From: Fonticula alba ATCC 38817
Taxonomy: Eukaryota > Protista > Nucleariida
Assembly (NCBI GenBank): GCA_000388065.2
Contig: KB932207.1
Reading direction: 5' to 3' (one strand)
Length of the DNA stretch: 28,463 bases
The notes beneath the pieces are model-generated. The model saw only the letters and a program-made list of their open reading frames with translations, was not told where the DNA came from and searched no databases. The position numbers were made by a program, and so were the translations under genes. How positions within the stretch are numbered: the first letter of the stretch is position 1; every line of letters starts with the position of its first letter. Positions 18,461-28,463 of this stretch are shown here, in pieces.

Positions 18461-18992
18461 GCTTCGCGAATGCCAGCGGAACACACCGAGCAGGCAGGCG
18501 GGCGGGCGGGCGAGCGGGCAATGTCCCTCGAGAAGGGAGCAGGTTGGAGGCAAGAGGGCAGGGAGAAGCGCCAGAGGCCAGGAGAGCAAGTGAGAGCAAG
18601 TGAGAGAGAGAGAGGGGGGGGGGGGAAGGTCAGGAGGAGATGTGGCCCGGCTGGGCGGATCGATCGCCATCGCACCCCCTCGGCATGAACCATCACGCGC
18701 GGGGGCGAGGCGGGGGGCGGAAACTCCACACCCAGCCAGAAGAGGATGCAGGCCCCAACCGGGGGGAGAGGAGGAAAAAGCGGGCGAGATATGACACCCC
18801 CGGCCGGTGCGGAAAAGAAACACTCGTACACGGGACGCCGGGCCCATCGCCACCTCCCCCGCATCCTGCCACAGCCCCAGATGGACGCCTGCCATGCGCC
18901 CGCGCACGCTACACCGCGCGAAAAAAAAGGAAAAAAACACGGCGCGGGGCGGTGGGCAAATTTAAAATGATCGGGAAACGGCGGGTCACGTG

Positions 18993-18998
18993 TTTATT
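18993..18998 (-). promoter_or_regulatory. Candidate polyadenylation signal for TUP1
   Basis: AATAAA on the minus strand 6 nt after the TAA at 19007-19005. Confidence 0.4.
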
Positions 18999-19004
18999 CG
19001 AGAC

Positions 19005-20770
19005 TTAGGCGGATGTCTCCTTCTTTGCTGGTCCTCCGGCCGGAGGCTCGGCCGTGGCGGCGGCGGTGGCGGCCGCCGGGGGGGAAAGGGCGGCGGCGGC
19101 CTTCGACACCTCGGCCTCGGTCACCGCCACAGGAGGGGGGTGTTGTGTGTGGCTGGTGGCGAGGATGGTGGCGTCCGCGGGGGCGGGCGCGGCGTCGCCG
19201 GGGCTGACGGCCGGGGCCGAGGCCCCCGCCGGGGGAGACAAGGACGAGGAAGAAGATGACGGAAGGACGGCAGCGGCAGTCGGGCTGACGGATGGCCGCG
19301 CGGGTTCGGAGGCCGTCGAAGTGGCGGGCTCGGATGCGGGAGCCGGTGCGAGGGCCGCCTCCGGGCTACTGGCCACCGCGGTGTCGGCCTCGGAGGAAGA
19401 GGAGGAGGACGACCCGGCAGCAGCTCCGGGCGGCATATCGGGCACAGTCGGCGACACCGGGGCCGAGGGCGAGGCAGACGAAGAGAGGGAAGAGGAAGAG
19501 GAGGAGGAGAGTGCCGTAGCAGCGACGGCCGCCAGAGCAGCCGCCGAAGAGGGCGGAGCACCGAGGAGTGCCGCCACAGCAAGCTCCTCGGCCGCGGAGA
19601 CCGAGGGCTCAGCAGCCGCGGTGGCATTGCTGGGACGTGTGCTCTTCCGATCTGAGGGCGAGGCAGACGAAGAGAGGGAAGAGGAAGAGGAGGAGGAGAG
19701 TGCCGTAGCAGCGACGGCCGCCAGAGCAGCCGCCGAAGAGGGCGGAGCACCGAGGAGTGCCGCCACAGCAAGCTCCTCGGCCGCGGAGACCGAGGGCTCA
19801 GCAGCCGCGGTGGCATTGCTGGCGGCCACTTGCGATGAGGGGGGGGAGGCCTGGGCAGGGACCGCGGTTGGCGGCGCTGGAGCCGGGGACACGCGGGCTG
19901 GGAGGCCATCCGGCATCGGAGTGGCGGAGGCCCCAGCCCCTGGCGAGGAGGATTTTGAAGGAGCGGCGACGGTCGGGCGGGCGCCAGCCATGGCGAGCGC
20001 CAGCCCCCCGGGGGTTGCGGCGCCTGCCTCCGTGGGGAGGGCCTTGCCTGGTGCAGGCGGGGCCGGCGAGAGGGAGGAGGTAGAGCGCGGCGACGCCGCG
20101 GTCCCTGGCGAGGCAGGGCCTGTCGCCGGCAGAAGCTGACTCATCATGAGCAAGGTGGGCGTGGCACTGGTGGAGGTGGAAGTAGCGGCAGTGGCGGCGA
20201 CGGGCGCCGTGACGGCAGCGACACTTGCGGTCGGGCTGGTGGCCTCGGTCGAGGCCATCTCCACATCGCCGACAGGAGACGCAGCAACGGCCGGGGGGAT
20301 CGGAAGAGCACACGTCGCACTGGTGGAGGTGGAAGTAGCGGCAGTGGCGGCGACGGGCGCCGTGACGGCAGCGACACTTGCGGTCGGGCTGGTGGCCTCG
20401 GTCGAGGCCATCTCCACATCGCCGACAGGAGACGCAGCAACGGCCGGGGTGGAAGCTGCCGACTGGTTGGCAGTCACCGGGCTGAGGGCGGCCGCTTGCG
20501 ACGAGCAGGCAGCAATCAGTACCGAGATGTCCGGCCCCGAGGAGGCAGCGCCAGAGGGCCGGCGAGCCGGCGTAGCTGAGGGTCGACTGCTCCCGGCTGG
20601 CGCAGAAGAGGAGGAGGACGAGGAGGACGAGGAGGATGAGGATGAGGATGAGGAGGAGGAGGAGGAGGAGGAGGAGGAGGAGGAGGACGACGAGGACGAC
20701 GAGGACGACGACCGGCCAGACAGCTGGGCTGCTGGCAAGGAAAGGGTCGCCGGTGTAGCCGCCAGCTTGC

Positions 20771-20823
<53 letters not shown>

Positions 20824-22773
20824 GCTGACACATTCGAGGCATGCTTCGCGATCAGCTGCTGGAACCCCTCGGAATCCAGCTGCGCCAGCAGGAGCTGCGT
20901 GTCGGCGATGGAGATCTCCCCGCCGGCGGGCAGGCCGAGTAGGGACTGGAGCGAGGCAGTCAACGAGGCGGCCTGGTCGGCACTGAGGGACGCGATGCCG
21001 GCCAGGACCGACGCCGGGGCAGGTGCCGCCCCAGCGGCGGAAGGCGCGGCCACCGCCGCCGCCGGAACCGAAGAGGCCGGGGCAGAGGTGGTCAGCGGCA
21101 AAGGCGCCGGCAGACGAGCCTGGAGCTGCCAGATGCGGGCCCGCGCGTCCCCGCTGCCGGAGGCGAAGATGATGTCGTCCAGAATGCCGGCGGCCCCGGT
21201 GCTGGCGGCACCGGCCGACCGGCGAGCCGTAATGTCCACGCTGATGACCGAGTTCTTGTGGACATTGAGTGGCGCGCCAACCGGCTTGGTGGTGCCGACG
21301 TCCCAGAACTGCACGGTCCGGTCCTTGGATCCGGAGAGGATCAGCCGCCCGCAGGGGGAGAAAGCCACCGAGAGGACGTAGTCCTTGTGGCCGCTCATGA
21401 TCTTCGGCTCGGGGCTGGGGCCGGGAGTCACCCCGCCACTCGGGGCAACCTCGGGCAAGGCCAACGGCCACAGACGGAGGGTCTTGTCCAGCGAGCCACT
21501 GACCAGGGTGCGGCAGTCCGGCGAGAAGGCCACCGAATAGACGGAGTCCCCGTGGCCGGCCAGCGTCTGCAGCAGCTGCCCAGTGGCCAGGCACCAGATG
21601 CGCACCTGGTGGTCGAGAGAGCCCTGTGGAAGGCGAGTGCAAGACCGAGGGGGAGGGGGCGAGGGGAGAAGCTAGGTGTGAGGAGGGCGCGAGAGCAGGG
21701 GGGGGGGGGGGGGGCAGGATGCGGGCGGAGGAAAGGGCACATGAAAAGCCGGCCAGCAAAAGGCGGAAGGAGAGCACACGCACCGAGGCCACCCATGCGC
21801 CATTGGGACTGACCGCCACTGAGGCCATGTCGGCATCCTTCGACGGGTTCACCGGGTTCAGGATGAACTTGGCCTTGCGCGTGCGCATGTCCCAAATCCG
21901 GACGGTCTTGTCCCCGCTGCCCGAGCAGAGGAGAGTGCCATCCGGGTTGAAGCACAGCGAGTAGATGTCCTCCGTGTGCCCGGCAAACTCATGGAGGACC
22001 TTCTGCGTGGCGATGTCCCAAATGCGAATCAGGTTGTCCTCGGACCCGGTGGCCAGCAGCCGACCATCCGGGCTGAAGCAGACACTGCGAACATAGAGAT
22101 CCTGGCGCGAGCTGTCCCCGCTGTCGGCGTGATGGCCGGGCGTCCCGCCAGCACTGGGCGAATCGATGATGAACCGGCACTTCAGCTGCCCGGTGGCCGA
22201 GTCATACAGCTGGGCCGAGTGGTTGCACCCGGTGGCCAGCCAACGCGCGCAGGGGCTGAACTTGACGCAGCACACCACCGACGCGTGCTCCATGATGTGC
22301 GCGAGGGTCGTCTTGTAGAGAATATCCCCGGGCGAGGGGGAGGGGGTGGGCGAGGAGACACTCGGCTGTGAACTGCCACCCCGGGTGGAGATCGGCAGCA
22401 TGGTATGGGGCCGTCTGTGCATGCGTGACAAAGAGGAGCAGGAAGGGGACCCGAGGGGAGGGGAGTCAGGCAAATGGGCCAACGCGTGCGTGCGTGCGAG
22501 GGAGGGAGAGAGAGGGGGGGGGAGAGAGGAGCAGGCTCGGGCCCGCCCAGGCCAATACACACGCACTTCTTCGGGTTCGGCGTCAGATCCAGCGATCCCG
22601 ACCGCTGAGGGGCAGGGGTGCCGGAGCCGGCGGCAGAGTGCGCAGCCTCGGACTTGATAACCGGCTCGGAGGTGCGCTGGCGCTTGCTCTTGGCGGACTC
22701 ACCGGCACCGCCGTCCTCCGGGCCCGCGCCACCAGCCACCTGCATGCCAGGCGCCTGAGGACGCTGCTGGGTA

Positions 22774-22808
<35 letters not shown>

Positions 22809-22967
22809 CATGGCCTGCTGCTGCTGCTGCTGCTGAGCTTGCTGTTGGAGCTGCTGCTGGAGCTGCTGCTGGAGTTGCTGCATGGCCTGTTGCTGAGCCT
22901 GCTGCTGCTGCTGCTGCTGCTGGAGCTGAAGCTGCATGGCCTGCTGCTGCTGTTGCTGCTGCATGGC

Positions 22968-23006
<39 letters not shown>

Positions 23007-23186
23007 CTGTTGAGCTTGCTGCTGCTGAAGCTGCAGCATCTGGAGCTTGAGGACCTGCTCCTCCGGCAAATTGGGCAAGATCTCCGACAGGTTGCCCAGC
23101 GAAGAGAGCAACTGCCAAGAGGGGTCCTTGGAAGTGCCCGGGCTGCCGAGGATCGCACCATTGTTGGCTGTCATGCCGGAGGTGCC

Positions 23187-23222
<36 letters not shown>

Positions 23223-24321
23223 CTGGGCCGGCAGTGGCGACGGAGAGGCGGACGACTGAAAGACCGGTGAGGCGGCGCTGGTCGAGCCGCCGGTCGGGCC
23301 CATACTCCCTTGGGAGGAGGGAAAGCTTGACAGCCCCACCGACTTGACTCCACCATTTCCGGACCCATTGCCTCCGTGCATGGGCGACATGCCGATTGGA
23401 TTGTTGAAGAGCGACGAGGGGGAGATCCCGGCTGCTCGGGGAGGGGGACAGGGACGTGTCAGGAGAAGGTCCCCACACCAAGGGGGCAAAAAGGCAGGGC
23501 ACATCGCTGCTCGGCGTACCGGCGGAAATGGCCGAATGGAGCATCTCCAATTCGGACTGCGCGCTCTGGAGACGCTCCTGGAGCCTGGAAAGGAGGCGGG
23601 AAAGACGAGCCAGAAGTCCGGGCACACACACACACACACATACACACACACACACACACACACGCCGGTGTTTTAGACGCCAATGGAGATGCAAAGGTCA
23701 GAGGAAGGGGCCATGGCGTAGTCGGGCACATGGTACACGCAAGGGGGGAAGGCGATCTCAAATGGCCCGGGCAACCAAAACGGAATCCCAGCCAGAGGGC
23801 GGCAGATACGCACCGGGCCACTTGCTGTGTTTGCACCTGGAGCTGGTTCTGGAGCTGCTGCGTCTTGCCCGTGCACTCGGACAGGTGATCGCGGACTGGG
23901 GAGACAACCGAGGTCAGTGGAAGGGGGGCCAACAAGCCGGGGAAGGGGGCCTGATGCGGGACAAGGACGTACAGAGCTTGCTCAGGAGTTCCCGGTCGGT
24001 GATGGAGCTGGCCAGCTCCATGGTCATGCGCAGATATTCAGACCGGATGACGGCCAGAAGGTCGTCGATGGAGTGGAGCGAGCCGCTGCTGGAGGTGCCG
24101 CCCGCGTCCACCAGCGGGCCGGCCGAGGCAACGAGGACACCCCCAGCGCCGGAGGAGGCGCCGGCGGCCTGCTCCGACCCGGTGTGGCCCCCGGCGAGGA
24201 TTTGGCCCTGCTGCTGGGGGGGAACACCGCCGAGCGAGTTGCTCAGCTGGTTGGCGAGGGAGAATTGCTGGTTCGAGGACTGCGGCTGGTGCTGGATCTG
24301 CTGCTGCTGGTGGTGGTGGTG

Positions 24322-24360
<39 letters not shown>

Positions 24361-24370
24361 AGCTTGGTGT

Positions 24371-24418
<48 letters not shown>

Positions 24419-24972
24419 ACCTGCTGTGCCTGTTGCTGCTGCACCTGCTGCTGGGAATGCTGTTGGAGCTGCTGCTGGAGCTGCTGCTGGGCCTGCTGCA
24501 TGAAGGAGGGCGGGAGGAGGAGGCCGCCGCCATTGCCGAGGGTCTGCATGGAGGCGAAGTCGCCCATGGTGTCGGGGACCTGGAGATGGCCGCCGGGCTG
24601 GGATCCGGCCGGGAGCAAGGCCCGACCGGTGCCGGCCCCGGTGGAAAGCAGGCCGCCGGCCATGTTCAAGGAAGACATACCCATCAGGGCCTGGGCATCG
24701 CCGGGGCCGGCACCAGGACCAGGGCCATTGCCGAGGGCGGTGACATTGCCGCCGGCATTGCCGTACATGAGACTGGACATGTCCAGGTGGCCCGGGTGGG
24801 GCAGGGTGCCCTGCTGGGAGATGCCCAGTGCGCCGGTGCTGGAGGGCACATGGATGATCGGCGACCCCTGCTGCAGGGGATTCAACAGGGTTTGATTGGT
24901 TCCAGTAGTGCCGGGGCCCGAGCTGGCGATGGTGAGCCCGCCTGCCGAGAGGCCAAGGTTGTGGATACCCAT
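19005..24972 (-). CDS. TUP1: Tup1-like WD40 transcriptional corepressor, 6 exons, 1753 aa as assembled (about 1639 aa after removing two artefactual duplications)
   Basis: Exons 24972-23973, 23895-23814, 23584-23520, 23431-22567, 22414-21784 and 21623-19005, all phase-consistent. Tup_N-like helix IDDLLAVIRSEY followed by coiled coil. Tup1-signature WD motifs HASVVCCVKFS, DLYVRSVCFSPDG, GHTEDIYSL, GHKDYVLSVAFS, SGSKDRTVQFWD, HKNSVISV and FASGSGDARARIW. The start ATG 24972 is probable, but a gap lies 146 bp upstream. Confidence 0.9.
19634..19653 (+). other. Illumina TruSeq adapter fragment inside the TUP1 ORF (artefact)
   Basis: GACGTGTGCTCTTCCGATCT joins identical copies 19465-19633 and 19654-19822; the offset of 189 bp is 63 codons. 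Confidence 0.97.
20298..20316 (+). other. Illumina TruSeq adapter read-through inside the TUP1 ORF (artefact)
   Basis: GATCGGAAGAGCACACGTC joins identical copies starting at 20164 and 20317; the offset of 153 bp is 51 codons. Confidence 0.97.
20604..20711 (-). repeat. Poly-serine tract (about 36 Ser, mixed TCN codons) in the Tup1 C-terminal tail
   Basis: Consecutive NGA triplets on the plus strand read as TCN on the minus strand. Confidence 0.9.
22765..23225 (-). repeat. CAG/CAA polyglutamine tracts in Tup1 exon 4 (further tracts at about 20772-20822 and 24297-24500)
   Basis: Long (CTG/TTG)n runs on the plus strand, in frame as Gln with a repeated QQQQQQQAM-like unit. Confidence 0.92.
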
Positions 24973-25118
24973 GTCGAGGGAGGCCGGGAGGGAGGGCGAG
25001 GGGGGAGGCCGGCAGAAGGGGGAGAGGTGGTGCGCCGCTTTGGAGATGGCAGGGCCCGGGAGGCAGGGGAGGAGAGGGCGGCAGGAGGACGCAGCAAGAA
25101 CCGGGCGTGTGGGGTCAG

Positions 25119-26113
25119 NNNNNNNNNNNNNNNNNNNNNNNNNNNNNNNNNNNNNNNNNNNNNNNNNNNNNNNNNNNNNNNNNNNNNNNNNNNNNNNNNN
25201 NNNNNNNNNNNNNNNNNNNNNNNNNNNNNNNNNNNNNNNNNNNNNNNNNNNNNNNNNNNNNNNNNNNNNNNNNNNNNNNNNNNNNNNNNNNNNNNNNNNN
25301 NNNNNNNNNNNNNNNNNNNNNNNNNNNNNNNNNNNNNNNNNNNNNNNNNNNNNNNNNNNNNNNNNNNNNNNNNNNNNNNNNNNNNNNNNNNNNNNNNNNN
25401 NNNNNNNNNNNNNNNNNNNNNNNNNNNNNNNNNNNNNNNNNNNNNNNNNNNNNNNNNNNNNNNNNNNNNNNNNNNNNNNNNNNNNNNNNNNNNNNNNNNN
25501 NNNNNNNNNNNNNNNNNNNNNNNNNNNNNNNNNNNNNNNNNNNNNNNNNNNNNNNNNNNNNNNNNNNNNNNNNNNNNNNNNNNNNNNNNNNNNNNNNNNN
25601 NNNNNNNNNNNNNNNNNNNNNNNNNNNNNNNNNNNNNNNNNNNNNNNNNNNNNNNNNNNNNNNNNNNNNNNNNNNNNNNNNNNNNNNNNNNNNNNNNNNN
25701 NNNNNNNNNNNNNNNNNNNNNNNNNNNNNNNNNNNNNNNNNNNNNNNNNNNNNNNNNNNNNNNNNNNNNNNNNNNNNNNNNNNNNNNNNNNNNNNNNNNN
25801 NNNNNNNNNNNNNNNNNNNNNNNNNNNNNNNNNNNNNNNNNNNNNNNNNNNNNNNNNNNNNNNNNNNNNNNNNNNNNNNNNNNNNNNNNNNNNNNNNNNN
25901 NNNNNNNNNNNNNNNNNNNNNNNNNNNNNNNNNNNNNNNNNNNNNNNNNNNNNNNNNNNNNNNNNNNNNNNNNNNNNNNNNNNNNNNNNNNNNNNNNNNN
26001 NNNNNNNNNNNNNNNNNNNNNNNNNNNNNNNNNNNNNNNNNNNNNNNNNNNNNNNNNNNNNNNNNNNNNNNNNNNNNNNNNNNNNNNNNNNNNNNNNNNN
26101 NNNNNNNNNNNNN
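25119..26113. other. Assembly gap upstream of TUP1 (small 10-N gaps also at 26734-26743 and 27294-27303)
   Basis: 995 N. Confidence 1.
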
Positions 26114-28463
26114 GGAAAAAACAATCCCCCGGATGGGGGGGCGGGCGAGCGGAGGCCAGACGGGACAGGGGCGAGGGCAGGCATCGGCGAAAGACATGGG
26201 GCGCCCGGGGGCGGGGGCGAGTGATTGGCGTGCGGGGATGGTCGCGCGCTGGCGCGCGTGCACCGGCGTGCCTGGCCGCGCCGTCGTGTCAACACCGGTC
26301 GGCTGGTAGTTGGAGGCTGAGGAGAGGGGTCGGTTATGGTTATGCGCGCGCGCGCGCGCGCCCGCGCGCACGCACGGCCGGGCGAGGGGGGCCTGGGTCG
26401 GTGTGCGTGCTCGCCGGGCAAAAACACCCGGCGGCCGGCGGGGAGGGGGGGGACGGGGCAGGGGAGCCCGCCGAGAGCCGCCCCGGGCCGGCGCGCCGAG
26501 CGGCCACGCCTGGAGCATGGGGAGGCGGGCACAACCATGCCTCTGCCCTCCCCCCCCCCTCCCGCCCCAGCGCGGGCTCACCGGAGGGTGCCACTTTCCG
26601 ACGAATTCCCATCTTGACCGGCGAGATAACGCGCGCGCGCGCGCGCACGTACACATACGTTTGGGGATCGAGCCGCCACCCGTGCGCGCCCCTACCCTCC
26701 GTGCTCACTGACCCCCGGCCCCCCGGCCCCCTCNNNNNNNNNNCCCCCCCCCCAAAGGGCCCAGCGGAAGGGGAACATCCCAGGAGACATCCGGCAGGGA
26801 GAACCTTGGCGAAGGGCGCCCCATGGAAGTGCCCCCACGAATCGGGCGCCGGGGCAGCCGGGGACGGAGCCGACGAGAACCGGCGCGCGTGACCCCGACG
26901 AAGTTAAAGAGAGCCGCGAGCGGCAATTCCGCGCGCCGACGGCGATCGGCCCCATGCGCCGGCGGTCGGGGGCACGCATACACACACACACACACACAGA
27001 CAGACACGCGCGCGCGCACCTCCAGCGCCGGCCCCGCCCCCCGGGCCGGGGAAGACACACCGAGGGTGGGCGGGGGGCGCGAGATTAATCATTCGCGCGT
27101 GGCCCCACAATAATAATGGCCCGCCTCGGCCCCCAGCCAGTTGGGCAGGACAAACGGCGCCTGCTCCCCCGCCCGCCCCCCCGCCCCCCCCGGGCCACCG
27201 ATGCAAAGCGCTGTCAACGGGCATGCCTCGGAAATTAGGAGCCCGGGCGGATGCGGCCTCACGCTCGCCCGCAGACCACTTCGGGCAGGCGAGNNNNNNN
27301 NNNCCCGGCCCCGGCCCCGGCCCCGCCGGTCCCGGTCCCGGTCCCGCCCCCAAAGGGGGCCGCAACAACAAAAACAATGCCCTCGGCCCGGGGGCGAGGC
27401 GAGCATGCGCGCACGCCCGCCTGCCCCGGGTGTGTGCGCGTGTGCGTGGGCGTGTGTACACACACACACGCGCTTACAGGCAAGGACGGCCAATTCGCTC
27501 GGGCCCAGGGGGCGCCTGCCGCCGGAGTGCCCCGCGCCCAGAGACCGGGTCCGATGGGCCGTCGGTCAATCATGCGAAATCCGTCTGGCGGGCACCGTGC
27601 TCCGGGCGGGCTCCCGGGAGGCGGGGGGCCGGGCAGCCGACTGGTGCGCAAGAAGGCGCGCCCCTCTGCGCAAAGAGAGGCACACACACACACACACGTA
27701 AGCGCGCCGGTGCGCGCGCGCGCGCGCTTGCTTCATGGTGAAACAAAAGCCTCCCCCGGCCCTCCGGGGGGAGGGGACACTCTGGGAGAGGGGGGGCGTG
27801 CATGCATGCGTTCGCCGGCGCACACCGCCGGTCAGCGGGGCGCCGATCGGGAGGGGTGGGACCCCCTCGTTGCCGTCGTTCCCCAAACGGGGGGGGGGGA
27901 TTTCACAGCGCGCCAGAAATGCGCCCCCCCCCCCCCGGGGGCCCTCGGTGAGACGCGATGGAAGGAAGTGACACACCCAACGCGGTGGGCCTCATATCAC
28001 TTTCTCCCTTTTCCACACACGCACACACACACACACACGCACACTCCCGCCCGGCGCGTGAGCAGGAGAGAACTCCGTGCGTCTACGGGTGCGCCGCGCC
28101 GGCCATATCCAGCCAGCCCCCTGGCCCTGGGGGGGGGGTCGAGGGGTGAGGATGGCATGTGCGCGTCGCACGTTGTCCGGCCGCCGGCAAGTGTGTGTGT
28201 GTGTGTATGCGCGCACCATCTCGCCGGCTCGGAGACGTGTCATCCACCCGCCGGCCTGGGCCGGGGGCGGGGGGGGAGGCGCGGAAATGTCTGACACGGG
28301 CCCCGGAAGGCGGCCGGGCGAGCACCAGCCCTCTGCCACGCCCGGCTGCAATGTCCTCAGCGTGCCAACCGCCCCGCGCCTGGGCGCCGCGCCGGCAAGG
28401 AACGGGGTCTCACAAACGCCGGTCGAGAGGGGGCGCACAGGTGCGGGCATTTCCCCCCCCCCC

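Noticed and set aside
19054-21381. Long plus-strand ORFs antisense to TUP1 (poly-E/D, poly-C and poly-L products), and similar antisense ORFs over pssA, ORC5 and the orphan gene
   Set aside because: Shadow frames of GC-rich and triplet-repeat coding sequence with no recognisable domain.
1-28463. tRNA, rRNA or snRNA genes, transposases and reverse transcriptases
   Set aside because: No T-loop/D-loop pairs in a cloverleaf context, Sm sites, terminal repeats or RT/transposase motifs seen by eye; a covariance-model search was not possible.

Overview
GC-rich eukaryotic genomic DNA from a draft short-read assembly with six N gaps. I can model eight protein-coding genes and 25 spliceosomal GT-AG introns by hand. 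In order: a CDP-diacylglycerol:serine phosphatidyltransferase (PssA type, +), an unrecognised low-complexity 710-aa ORF (+), an integrin-linked kinase orthologue whose 5' end is lost in a gap (+), a UPF0390/C19orf53-family small basic protein (-), an acyl-CoA-binding protein (+), a membrane-anchored classical SDR (+), ORC5 (-) and a very long Tup1-like WD40 corepressor (-). The gene set and intron style suggest a unicellular opisthokont, possibly an early holomycotan such as Fonticula; this is inference and I cannot confirm it. The best leads are: (1) an ILK that already has the catalytic Asp-to-Ala change but keeps VAIK, the LKPSN Asn and DYG, which looks like an intermediate pseudokinase; (2) a PssA that resembles alphaproteobacterial enzymes more than fungal Cho1 yet has introns; (3) a 5' splice-site consensus GTRCGY with no +4 A in any of the 25 introns; (4) a Tup1 with large extensions at both ends; (5) an orphan protein with a possible tyrosine-recombinase-like helix. 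Four apparent tandem duplications are assembly artefacts, each joined by Illumina TruSeq adapter sequence; two of them inflate the Tup1 ORF in frame. I found no RNA genes, CRISPR arrays or intact mobile elements, and no clearly multi-gene novel system.
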